DNA from: Magnetovibrio sp. | Lineage (GTDB): Bacteria > Pseudomonadota > Alphaproteobacteria > Rhodospirillales > Casp-alpha2 | Assembly (NCBI GenBank): GCA_002721825.1 | Contig: PBLS01000043.1 | Location: forward strand, 43,360 to 107,359 | Length of the DNA stretch: 64,000 nt | Direction of reading: 5' to 3' | Part shown: positions 18,187 to 27,428 of the stretch, piece after piece | Position numbering within the stretch: the first letter of the stretch is position 1 | How the letters are laid out: each line of letters opens with the position of its first letter | Notes under the pieces: generated by a model | What the model was told of the DNA's origin: nothing | Seen by the model: only the letters and a program-made list of their open reading frames with translations | Databases searched by the model: none | Translations under genes and position numbers: made by a program

Positions 18187-18921
18187 TTACGTTTTTTTTA
18201 ATGTGCTTGGTCTTGCAATCATGAAATATTGTTCGAAGATCAAATTAGCGCCGTTGACTAGCATTCTCTCGCCGTTTTCGAGTCGAACTGTATATTGTCT
18301 TATTGGATTAGCATCTTTTTCAAGGTCTATAGGTAGAACGAAACGCTCAAATTCCGTAGAATATCCTTTTGCTAAAAAAAACTCAGCAATACGAGCTTTC
18401 GAATACCAGGCGAAACCAGTTTCCCAACTTTGGTCGTTTTGGCGGTTTCGAAACTTGATCTTTACATCCAAATCATTTGAATTGAAGGCAGAGAAGATGA
18501 TGAGTTTTCCCTTGGGTGTTAGCCATGATAACCATTTATCTAGGACCGGATAAGGGTTTTCAAATACGGCCAAAATGCCCGAGGCAATCAAAATATCATA
18601 GGGTTTTTCCGGCTCAAACGAGAATGCATCGGCGCTATGAAGATGCACGTCGTAGTTTTGTAAGTTCTCCTTTGCTCGTTCAATCAAGGCGGGACTGAGC
18701 TCAAGGCCGTGTAATTCAGCAGTTGGAAAAAGTTCTCGAATGAGTAGCAATGTTGCTCCTGTCGCGCACCCAATGTCGAGAAGGCGACCATTAAAACCGT
18801 CGTCCGAACGTTCCAAAATTCGGCACAGATATTTTTCGTGCTCCTTTTGGGGGCGTTCCGATAAGTAGGCGCCAATTTGGCGATTATTTGACTCAATGGT
18901 CATACTCACCCTTTCTATCAT
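18187..18921 (-). CDS. class I SAM-dependent methyltransferase
   Basis: Motif I LLDIGCATGATLL. An alternative ATG at 18903 has AAGGG upstream. Confidence 0.85.
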   Translation of the reverse strand: MIERVSMTIESNNRQIGAYLSERPQKEHEKYLCRILERSDDGFNGRLLDIGCATGATLLLIRELFPTAELHGLELSPALIERAKENLQNYDVHLHSADAFSFEPEKPYDILIASGILAVFENPYPVLDKWLSWLTPKGKLIIFSAFNSNDLDVKIKFRNRQNDQSWETGFAWYSKARIAEFFLAKGYSTEFERFVLPIDLEKDANPIRQYTVRLENGERMLVNGANLIFEQYFMIARPSTLKKT

Positions 18922-18957
18922 AGCTTCTATTTATTTGTGTGCAGTTTTTCTGGAAGA

Positions 18958-20841
18958 TCATACATTTAGGACCGATGGACCTTCAGACGGTGCAACCTGT
19001 GTCATGATTAAGTCAGCAATTTTTTGATCGACATCTAGTGCATGTGCGCCAAAGAACCGCGACCAGTATGGTTCCTGCTGCATCATTTTGGGAAAATTTG
19101 AGACTAAGCTTTCAGGGTCCTCGTGGGCTAATACGGCGGCCTCCAAATCCTTGGCGTTGCTAGAAATCGGTTTTTCAAAATCTTGTGAACCCAGGATACC
19201 CATGAGGGTATTGGAGTCGTACTCGGGCTCATGGATAATTACTGGTCGACCGAGGGCAATCGTTTGATAGATGCAGGACGATAAATTAGTGATTAACAGG
19301 TCGTGGGATTTCATCGCATCAACAAACGTACCAGAGGTATTCAGAGCGATGGATCCTGTTACCCCCATACGTTTCATTAGGTCAGGCAAGTATTCATCTA
19401 AATTTTGTGGCCCCGCGTGTTGGCGATAGGTGAAAGAGTATCCCTTGGGGACAAGGTTTCGGACAACTGTTAGAAAATCTATCATGTACGTATCGACGTT
19501 GTGCACGCGCTTTACCGTATGGGTTAATCCGGCGCCAAAACCAATTATCAGAACCCGTTTTCTGGTTGCGGGCCGTGTTTTTGCGCCTGTAACTGCGGCC
19601 ATGTGTGAGATCAAGGTGCTGCCAATAGACGGACACCGTTCGGCGTCCTTTTCGGCGATGTGCGTGCCGTACGGATGCTCGTCGCCATGGCAAATCCATT
19701 TAAGATTGTGGTGGAGTTTGCTGAGAGTATTCAAATTCAATGGTAGCGAATTCATTCCGTGTCCCATGAAAACGACTTGCGTAGAAGTCTGCGGCGCAAG
19801 GTGGATAATTGCTCTTGCCGAGGCGCTGACCCCGTTAATGACGACGAGTTTTGGGCGAAGCGCGCGTAGCATGCGTTTTGCTTGCAGTATTTTAACAACA
19901 TGCATTATTAAGCGTGTGCCCATAGATAGAGATAGCAGTCGCGAAAAGTAGCGAACGTAGTCGATTCCATCATAAACAAAAGGATTTTTGTCTTGATTTC
20001 GGGAGAGGGCTGCGGCCCGCTGGCGAAGCTTATGAATGGCACGCAGATATTGGAGCGAAAACAATGGCGCAAAATGATCGAATCGAATTGCAATCGCATT
20101 ATGGCCCGGACGATCCGTGTAGACATCAATTTCAGGCCGCTCCGAAAGGAATTTGATCAGCCGAGATGCGCCGGGATGATAAAACAGATATACGCCAGGT
20201 GTGTTGCCTGAAAAATAAGAGCGGAGCCGTGGCAGGATATAGCTTGGACGAAAGCCACCAGCATAGCTTTTCAGGACTTGGCCCAAACGTGTGAATGAAT
20301 AATTTGCGCCCCATTGTTTCACACTGTTTGATACTTGCAGTTCACGTAGGGGGACGCCTCGCGCCTTCGAAAAATCCACCAAGATTGTCCTTCGTGGCAT
20401 GCCTAGGGGATGACAGCGAAAAATACTCATTCCATCGATCATGTCACATACAATTTCTCTCAGGTTGGGACATTCATTTATTATTCGTTGACAAATTGTT
20501 CCGAATCGAACCATATGCGCCATCGCGAAATCTTGTGCGAGCTCAGGAGATACGAATTCACCAATTGATATACCATCGACAAGCACAGGATCATGCTCGC
20601 CGTCTTTGAACCAAGTCGTGGCAAAGTTTTCAGCGAAATCATCGATCTTCGCCGCCTCTGCTTGGGTCACGCGCGCTTCCGCATATTCAACACGTACGCC
20701 GTCGCGCTTAAGAGCATCCAGTATCGTTCTGTCGATCGTTTGAACAGGTCTAAAATAGGCAACTAAATCACCTGACATCGGTTTATCAGGTTGATTCACC
20801 AAATCATCAAGAAGGGTGTTTTCAATCAAAAAAAGTCGCAT
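18958..20841 (-). CDS. large orphan protein; candidate glycan phospho-group/sugar transferase
   Basis: 627-aa ORF. The C-terminal segment DLLITNLSSCIYQTIALGRPVIIHEP loosely resembles the TagF/CDP-glycerol phosphotransferase motif LITDYSS ... KPII. Otherwise I do not recognise it. Confidence 0.35.
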   Translation of the reverse strand: MRLFLIENTLLDDLVNQPDKPMSGDLVAYFRPVQTIDRTILDALKRDGVRVEYAEARVTQAEAAKIDDFAENFATTWFKDGEHDPVLVDGISIGEFVSPELAQDFAMAHMVRFGTICQRIINECPNLREIVCDMIDGMSIFRCHPLGMPRRTILVDFSKARGVPLRELQVSNSVKQWGANYSFTRLGQVLKSYAGGFRPSYILPRLRSYFSGNTPGVYLFYHPGASRLIKFLSERPEIDVYTDRPGHNAIAIRFDHFAPLFSLQYLRAIHKLRQRAAALSRNQDKNPFVYDGIDYVRYFSRLLSLSMGTRLIMHVVKILQAKRMLRALRPKLVVINGVSASARAIIHLAPQTSTQVVFMGHGMNSLPLNLNTLSKLHHNLKWICHGDEHPYGTHIAEKDAERCPSIGSTLISHMAAVTGAKTRPATRKRVLIIGFGAGLTHTVKRVHNVDTYMIDFLTVVRNLVPKGYSFTYRQHAGPQNLDEYLPDLMKRMGVTGSIALNTSGTFVDAMKSHDLLITNLSSCIYQTIALGRPVIIHEPEYDSNTLMGILGSQDFEKPISSNAKDLEAAVLAHEDPESLVSNFPKMMQQEPYWSRFFGAHALDVDQKIADLIMTQVAPSEGPSVLNV

Positions 20842-20940
20842 GGTGTGGCCCTAGTAAGGTCAAGGCGTGTAAAGTCCACACAGGTGCCTAGGCGTCAGCA
20901 ACAAAATAGCAGAACCTTTGGAAACTGATGCTGCTGGAAA

Positions 20941-22965
20941 CTAGGCGTAATCCATGGAGCGATTATATTTGTTAGGCCGTATGCGGACGAAAAACTTGCT
21001 TCGGACGGCCTTGTCTTGGTCATCAAAGGTCCGAAATAACTGTTTTAATTCGTCTTTTTGCTGAGAGTTGAACGCAAACATCAACGGAATACCTTCCGGC
21101 TCTTCGTAATCGGTCAGCGATGCATTGTAGTTCAATGATTGCCACTTTACGAAATCGTACTTGAAGGTATCGACGATATCCTTCTCCACTTCATCATTAT
21201 TAAGGCGAGTAAGGCGAATATGTTTCATGCATCGTATGATTTCATCCACTTCGGTGTCAAAATGGATACCGCTGGTTAACATGAACTGTTTCGTTTGTTC
21301 ACAGGCATAGTTCAGAACGCTCTCGTAGAAATCCGCGAGATTCCCTAAAGCCATGTGGATGACATTGAACCCAATTTTCCGCTCGTTGATTTTCTCCCGT
21401 TGTTGCGAATCCTCCCAGAATGCTCTCATATCTTCAGGGCTATCAAAAAGTTCTTCACGTGTCATACGGTCGAAATCATCGAAATATTCTTTCGCACGAG
21501 TTGGAGCCTTGTCTCTATTTTCGAACAAATGCATGATCCAGTCGAAAATAGATAGATTTCGCCCCTTGAGAAAACGCCGGAGCATAAGAAAATTACGTTT
21601 GAAGTAAAAAATATAGATGAAAAAGTAGATGGATCTCGCACGATAATATTCGTCTTCAGAAAAAGTATTTGTTCCTATACAAACTTTTTCAATCTCATAA
21701 GAAGAAAATTCAGTAAAATCGGAGAACGCAGCTTCAGAGAACCGATACCGAATTTTCATATTATATTTGTCTTGAAAATTTTTGTCTTCGAATGGGATAC
21801 CCCAAAAAATCATCATCGTTTGGACAGTGCCTTCTGTCGCGCCAAAGTCATCAATCGTCTGACGCATACCTGAAATAAAGGATTCGAATGTCTCTTCAGG
21901 CATCGGAATTATAATAGCCGTATCCGTACTGTGGTCGTACTTGTCCTCGCTTAATTTTTCAAAAAATAATTCAGTTTCATTTTTGCTTGGTTTGACTCGT
22001 TTAATGATTTCTAGCGTCTTTTCATTTGTCGATTGAAAGTATAACCCAATTCTTACTAAACCATTCGAGTTGTAGACGGCGTCCATGAACGTACGGGACG
22101 GGTTTTTTGCCGTGCTAACGTTTAACTGTACCGGCCACCCAGTATCTTTCCGCGATTTTGAAAGGTATTCTAAAATCTGTACATCACGTTTGAGGATCCC
22201 AAAATTTGAATCTGTAATACTTAAATAAGCGTGTTCGGAACCCTTGGAACGGAAATAATTAATTTCTTCGATCACACGGTCGAAGGACATAGAGTATACT
22301 TTTTGATAATACGTCTGTGCTTCATGGCAGAATTGACAGGAGTACGGACAGCCACGAGTTGTTTGTAGCATTGGTTTGCTCAGTATAAATTCATCTAAAG
22401 CACCGGAAAGAATTGGCGAGGGTATTGTTTCATTTATATCCCGAATGCGTGCCATTTCATTGCGGCTGATAACCTTTTGATGTTCGTCACACCAGAAATC
22501 GAAACCGTTAATCTCCACGTCACGTTTTTGAATTATACGGCCATCTTTCGACATATAAGCTTTCAAGAATTGATGGAGCGCTTCTTCGCCCTCTCCATGA
22601 AGGTAAAAATCAACATAGCGCTTCCGGTCTTTCCAAAACTCGTTTAAATTTGCCTTATGCAATGGATAGTTGGGGCCTCCCTGAATTGTTACGACGGAGG
22701 GGTTTTGGGCTTTGGCATACTGGAATACTGTCCCAGCTAGTTGCTCGTTCCACATATAATTCGAAAGACACAAAATATCAGGCATCTTTTCTTGAATTGC
22801 AGCTAATATTTTTTCGACATGGACAAATAATTCGATGTCTATTTCATTATCAAGATAATGATCAGCATAGGCTTTGAGATAACCAATGTTTAACGGGAAC
22901 GAGTTAATCTCGCTACCCGGCGTTTCATAGCCGAGATGTCCTATATAAATTGTGAGCTTTCTCAT
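20941..22965 (-). CDS. B12-binding-domain radical SAM enzyme (class B type)
   Basis: N-terminal Rossmann-like region (ILCLSNYMW ... VVTIQGGPN) followed by RGCPYSCQFCHE (CxxxCxxC). Confidence 0.75.
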   Translation of the reverse strand: MRKLTIYIGHLGYETPGSEINSFPLNIGYLKAYADHYLDNEIDIELFVHVEKILAAIQEKMPDILCLSNYMWNEQLAGTVFQYAKAQNPSVVTIQGGPNYPLHKANLNEFWKDRKRYVDFYLHGEGEEALHQFLKAYMSKDGRIIQKRDVEINGFDFWCDEHQKVISRNEMARIRDINETIPSPILSGALDEFILSKPMLQTTRGCPYSCQFCHEAQTYYQKVYSMSFDRVIEEINYFRSKGSEHAYLSITDSNFGILKRDVQILEYLSKSRKDTGWPVQLNVSTAKNPSRTFMDAVYNSNGLVRIGLYFQSTNEKTLEIIKRVKPSKNETELFFEKLSEDKYDHSTDTAIIIPMPEETFESFISGMRQTIDDFGATEGTVQTMMIFWGIPFEDKNFQDKYNMKIRYRFSEAAFSDFTEFSSYEIEKVCIGTNTFSEDEYYRARSIYFFIYIFYFKRNFLMLRRFLKGRNLSIFDWIMHLFENRDKAPTRAKEYFDDFDRMTREELFDSPEDMRAFWEDSQQREKINERKIGFNVIHMALGNLADFYESVLNYACEQTKQFMLTSGIHFDTEVDEIIRCMKHIRLTRLNNDEVEKDIVDTFKYDFVKWQSLNYNASLTDYEEPEGIPLMFAFNSQQKDELKQLFRTFDDQDKAVRSKFFVRIRPNKYNRSMDYA

Positions 22966-23043
22966 ACTCTAGTTTCCCCTATGAGTCGGCATTCTGAATA
23001 ACTGAACCCCATGAGCTAAAACAAATAAGGGTTCTGAGTTTAT

Positions 23044-24909
23044 TCAACGACCTTTCCGTAAGTTTTCCATAGCCGGATTATCGCCGCTAAGCGCTCCAAA
23101 TTCATTATTAACCATCTTTCGTAGCGACTTGTAATCAAATTCTTGCCACTTCTTCCCGAACAAACACTTGAATTGGAACCCAATCCACTCAGTTAGGAGT
23201 TTGATTGTATAAACCCCCCCAAACTTTTTTAGGTTTTTTAGTATTGTTAGGATGAGTAAAAAATGCCGTGCACGGTAGGCAATTTTTGGATATGTCACTA
23301 GGGCTAAACCCCACTTCCCACGCGCGATCAAAGAAAAGAGGCTTGGGACCTCTGGGGTGTCGGAAACTGGAGGGCTTCCATCTCCCATTTTCGATGTTTC
23401 TATGATACGTAACGGATTCGCGTAGTACCCACTTTCGGCCTTAGCAGGTTGATAATATTCGAGATCGTTCATAAGAATTTTGTGGTACTGATTTAACCCG
23501 TGTGTTTGGACGTAGTGGTAGTTGACCTCAACGGTTATGCGTGGTCGCCATGTTTGACAAGTTAACGTAGGAACGTCAGTGAAGTTAAGAGTTGTAAACT
23601 CGTCATGAGCATTGTGATCGGAAATGAATATTAAATACTCTTCTTCCGCATCCATCCCCCTACCAATAATACCCTTGTGACGCGCGTATTCGTAGAGGGG
23701 CGTTCCTGGCAAAGCCTGTGCAAAATTACATGATAGTTGATTGGGGTTTTTCTGTGGGTCTAGTGCTTGTGCGTATTTGCAGAATTCAATGGTTTCTCCG
23801 ATGGTTTCGTTGTTTTCACCGGGCATACCAATCACAAGTGCTACGGCGCCAAATACGTTCCTTTCTGAAGTCCATGTGACCGCATCGTAGTTCTGTTGCA
23901 ATGATGCCTTCTTTTCCATAACCTGCAGCATTCGTTCGCTACCAGCCTCAAGCCCAAAACAGATTTCTGTACAACCTGACTCGATCATCAAGTCTAGAAG
24001 TTCGGGGTCCTTGCGGGTGACACGAAAGTTTACAGCCCAGAGTAGATCATATGATTTGAGCCTTTCGCAGAATTCTCGTAACCACTTAATGTCGGCTCCG
24101 AAATTTTCATCCCCAATTTCAAAAAAGCCAATATTATAGCGTTCTATCATGAAATCGATTCGGCGAAATACTTCGTCAAGTGAGAGAATTCTCTGACCTT
24201 TGGCCCAGCGGTGGCAATACGTGCACTTCGCCACACAACCCTTTGATGTGATAAGATTTGTCCAAGTTTTACCACGCCGATGAGCTTCGTGGGCACGCGG
24301 GTCTCTAAAATATTGGCGGAATCGTGAGATGTCTTTACTGACAGTTGGGAAATACTGATCAATATTACTAGATGACTCTAAATCAGTGATATCGTAATCG
24401 TAAATTTCTTCACTAGTTAGCGGATCAGAATACCCTGTGTTAACCAATTCATTATCTTCATTAAGTACTGCAAGACCCGGGATATCAATAAAGGTTTCGA
24501 TACCTTTTCCAGCATTTAGATGTTGAGCAATTTGAACCATCGGACGCTCGCCTTCGCCTAAGACCACCGCATCCACCTCAGTACGGTTTAGAATAATTTC
24601 GGCGCTGGCGCCCATAGGCCCCCCCAATACGATAACTGTATCTTCGCGTATTTTGCGCACCTCTGCCGCTAATTCCTTAGCCGCTTTATAAGATGTCGAG
24701 ACAACAGCGCTGATGCCTAGAACGTCTGGCCTTTCGCGTTTAAAATGATTTAGAATTTCTTCTTGGCTTGGGCGATTTCCATCAATGTCATAAAGCGACA
24801 CATCATTGAACCCGGCATTGCGAAGCCACTTCATTAGGACCAAGCTGCCGACCGGAGGGAAACTTGGTTTGTTAGGTCGAATTGGCAAAGTCGCGAAAAT
24901 TATCTTCAT
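23044..24909 (-). CDS. B12-binding-domain radical SAM enzyme (class B type)
   Basis: N-terminal VLGISAVVSTSY ... VIVLGGP region followed by SKGCVAKCTYCHR (CxxxCxxC). Confidence 0.75.
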   Translation of the reverse strand: MKIIFATLPIRPNKPSFPPVGSLVLMKWLRNAGFNDVSLYDIDGNRPSQEEILNHFKRERPDVLGISAVVSTSYKAAKELAAEVRKIREDTVIVLGGPMGASAEIILNRTEVDAVVLGEGERPMVQIAQHLNAGKGIETFIDIPGLAVLNEDNELVNTGYSDPLTSEEIYDYDITDLESSSNIDQYFPTVSKDISRFRQYFRDPRAHEAHRRGKTWTNLITSKGCVAKCTYCHRWAKGQRILSLDEVFRRIDFMIERYNIGFFEIGDENFGADIKWLREFCERLKSYDLLWAVNFRVTRKDPELLDLMIESGCTEICFGLEAGSERMLQVMEKKASLQQNYDAVTWTSERNVFGAVALVIGMPGENNETIGETIEFCKYAQALDPQKNPNQLSCNFAQALPGTPLYEYARHKGIIGRGMDAEEEYLIFISDHNAHDEFTTLNFTDVPTLTCQTWRPRITVEVNYHYVQTHGLNQYHKILMNDLEYYQPAKAESGYYANPLRIIETSKMGDGSPPVSDTPEVPSLFSLIARGKWGLALVTYPKIAYRARHFLLILTILKNLKKFGGVYTIKLLTEWIGFQFKCLFGKKWQEFDYKSLRKMVNNEFGALSGDNPAMENLRKGR

Positions 24910-24955
24910 CCGAATATCCTACTTAGTCTCCGCACACGATGATCACACACACATT

Positions 24956-24993
24956 TTTTATTTTACAGTAAAAATTTTATTTTACAGTAAAAA
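24956..24993. repeat. perfect tandem duplication of a 19-bp unit (ttttattttacagtaaaaa x2)
   Basis: 24956-24974 and 24975-24993 are identical. They lie 47-85 nt upstream of the 24909 start in a 198-nt intergenic gap, and a (CA)5 run lies next to them at 24944-24953. Confidence 0.9.
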
Positions 24994-25107
24994 CTCAACA
25001 AACTCCGGAGATATTTGTAATATATGTAATCCCAATTAGCCAGCTTTAAGCGAAGGGTAATTTCGGCTAATATCACTGCAAACCGATGATTTTATGATGT
25101 AAAAATA

Positions 25108-25917
25108 CTATACTCTCATGAAAAGGTAGACTGATCGAAAAAGCCGATGTGTTGTATCTTCTTGTAAGTCGAGCACTTTCCGATTTGTGTGGAGTGTGCC
25201 AAATGGTTTGAAGTCGTCTTGAGGGCCTAAATTTTTATTCTCCTCTGTCACCGTTCGTTTCTCAAGTAGCATGAAACCTTTTTTTGCCAAATTATAGTGC
25301 GGGTCTCGGTACAAATCATTCGACGCTTCTTGGGAATTAATTACGACAAATTTACGGGCACACCGGTTAATTCCTTCGAATAGGCGTAAATGATATGAAA
25401 TCCGAGATATTGAATCGAACCAAACCATACAATCGCAAGTTATATCGAATTCTGGTTTGCCAAACATACCATTTGTAAAATCGATGGAGGGGCGTTTTTT
25501 TTTCGCATAGTCAATCTGCACAGGGTCGATATCGATACCGGCGAGATTCGTAAAACCCTGTTTTTGAAACTGTTCAAGATGCCAACCTGAACCACAGCAT
25601 ACGTCTAGAATCCGATCATCTAAGGCGACGTAATCTTTTATTAGTTCATATGTAAGGTTGAACGTCTTTTGTGCCCACGGTTCGCGATGATTCATATCGC
25701 ACCCTTTATCATAGTCGTAAATCGGCTGTTCGTGATTTGTATATTGTCGATTTCGCGTGAAGTCCCGCAGCACATTGTTAACGAATGGTATTGTTGTGTG
25801 TTCGCTGTCGGTGCTCGAAAATACTTGTATACCAAGAGCTTCATTAACTTGCCCTAATACCGTTTTTTTTGCCCAGAGGTTGCCGGCAGATTTGAAGCGT
25901 TGTTTTCTCTTAAACAT
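25108..25917 (-). CDS. class I SAM-dependent methyltransferase
   Basis: Motif I ILDVCCGSGWHLEQF followed by LAGIDID. Confidence 0.85.
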   Translation of the reverse strand: MFKRKQRFKSAGNLWAKKTVLGQVNEALGIQVFSSTDSEHTTIPFVNNVLRDFTRNRQYTNHEQPIYDYDKGCDMNHREPWAQKTFNLTYELIKDYVALDDRILDVCCGSGWHLEQFQKQGFTNLAGIDIDPVQIDYAKKKRPSIDFTNGMFGKPEFDITCDCMVWFDSISRISYHLRLFEGINRCARKFVVINSQEASNDLYRDPHYNLAKKGFMLLEKRTVTEENKNLGPQDDFKPFGTLHTNRKVLDLQEDTTHRLFRSVYLFMRV

Positions 25918-26201
25918 AATATAAGCTGCTAAAGTTACCTAATTGTTCTATGGCTTTTCTGTATAAAGCAATGAATGTTGTTGAAGCGTAATACTGCACT
26001 ATGAAATTGTTCAAATATGAGTTTCTTCTCGCCTAGTTCTCTCTCGCCCAATTAGGGCTTTCACGATTCTTTTCCAGCCTATTTTTTGACTGTCGTCCCA
26101 ATGATTCGGAATGTAGTCTCTTTGGTGGATGGAAAATAAATAGTCTCCTAAAATACGTAAATCTAGCAGCAAGCCAAAAACTTTTAAAAATTAGCGACGA
26201 A

Positions 26202-27428
26202 TCACTCATCAAATTTTTGGTATAGGCCGAAAACACGATAGGAACGATCCATTTGTTTTAATGTCCGGTAGATGCTCTCTTCGTGGTTGGTTGTGGACAA
26301 AAGGAAATGCGTGAGATTGCTAATGGGAATTTCATCGCGATGACGAATTGGAATGCCATCGATCATTCGTCCGGAAAGGGCGGGGTCTCCGTCGAAGATA
26401 CATGCGATATCCAGACCCGAAAGATCCAAGCGGGTGAGGAGCTCAGCTGTATGTTCTCCGCCACAATAGATTGCAACTGGCGCGTTGCCGACGCGTCTCG
26501 CTATCGCATTGATCTTGGTTTGAAAGCCAGCCACGTAACTGTCGTGATTCCGCTTGTAAGTTTGCATCCGCTCATGCTGTGAACTGTACTCGTTATGATG
26601 GATGAACATTTCAGATGCGGCACCCGTCTTTTGAGCCAGAATTCGAAATGCTGGGCCCGGTGTCCCGCTTGAGATATCGTAATCGAACTGCTCGCTATCG
26701 ATGATACTGAATCCATACCGCTCCAAAATTGCGCCCAACGTGGTGCGGGTAAAATGAAACAAATGATCAAAAGCGAAAAAGTCTGGAAGTTGGTCGGGTT
26801 TTGGAGATTCAGAGTCTGGAACTTCGATTACTAGATAGCCCTCATCGTTAAGGCAAGCCGCCATATCGGATACGGCTCCACTGGGATCCATTAAATGTTC
26901 TAGAACTTTGAAGCTCGTGATTAAATCATAAGTTCGATTTTTGACGAGTGCTTGTGAGAAAGCGCCTTGAAAACCCTCGAATTGATAGAGCGTTTGCAGA
27001 TGCCGGATCATGGCTGGGGAGTAGTCTACTCCATTCACGGTGTAGCCCGCTTCGTTGAGTAGATAGAGGACGTAACCTGCTCCACATCCTATGTCGAGGG
27101 CTGTCCCGCGCACGCGATTGTGAGAGACGCGATCGAGAATCCATTGAACCTGGCCTTCTCGAAGTGGCCGATGTTCCTCGACTAGCTGTCCAGGCTGCTC
27201 AAAATGATTGAACGTGCTGTAGTAAGTACCAAGATCGTCAGCGCGCAATTTGCGCATATCGAGGGAGACTAAGCCACAATCGCGGCAGATCAAGACCTTG
27301 GTCGGCTGATCTGTGAATCGTGGGCTTGGACGATTAAGATTTGAAAAAACGTGCTCAAGATTGTTACCGCGGCAGCTATTGCAATGTGATGGGCCCGTGG
27401 CGGGGATATTTTTATTGGGCTGAGTCAT
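26202..27428 (-). CDS. SAM-dependent methyltransferase with N-terminal zinc ribbon and extra C-terminal domain (NDP-sugar C-methyltransferase-like architecture)
   Basis: CNSCRGNN ... CRDCG zinc ribbon, motif I ALDIGCGAGYVL, and a ~130-aa C-terminal domain (VAIYCGGEHTAELL). Confidence 0.7.
   Translation of the reverse strand: MTQPNKNIPATGPSHCNSCRGNNLEHVFSNLNRPSPRFTDQPTKVLICRDCGLVSLDMRKLRADDLGTYYSTFNHFEQPGQLVEEHRPLREGQVQWILDRVSHNRVRGTALDIGCGAGYVLYLLNEAGYTVNGVDYSPAMIRHLQTLYQFEGFQGAFSQALVKNRTYDLITSFKVLEHLMDPSGAVSDMAACLNDEGYLVIEVPDSESPKPDQLPDFFAFDHLFHFTRTTLGAILERYGFSIIDSEQFDYDISSGTPGPAFRILAQKTGAASEMFIHHNEYSSQHERMQTYKRNHDSYVAGFQTKINAIARRVGNAPVAIYCGGEHTAELLTRLDLSGLDIACIFDGDPALSGRMIDGIPIRHRDEIPISNLTHFLLSTTNHEESIYRTLKQMDRSYRVFGLYQKFDE

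Noticed and set aside
14034-24909. Phosphonate biosynthesis, suggested by a PEP-utilising enzyme together with B12-type radical SAM enzymes of Fom3/PhpK type.
   Set aside because: I see no PEP mutase or phosphonopyruvate decarboxylase signature in the window. The PEP-utilising protein has the PPDK-type ATP-grasp plus swivelling-His architecture, not the isocitrate-lyase-fold mutase.
14436-25503. Other long homopolymers considered as phase-variation switches: T9 at 14436-14444, C7 at 23214-23220 and T9 at 25495-25503. Several T8 runs occur elsewhere.
   Set aside because: All are in frame within intact ORFs. They encode Lys-Lys-Lys or Gly-Gly, and such runs are frequent in this A/T-leaning coding sequence. 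Only the T10 at 56139-56148 coincides with a disrupted frame.
26033-26236. A 67-aa ORF in the 284-nt gap between two methyltransferase genes.
   Set aside because: It overlaps the upstream gene end by 35 nt, its composition is basic and low in complexity, and it has no motif or evident ribosome-binding site. The gap is more likely regulatory.
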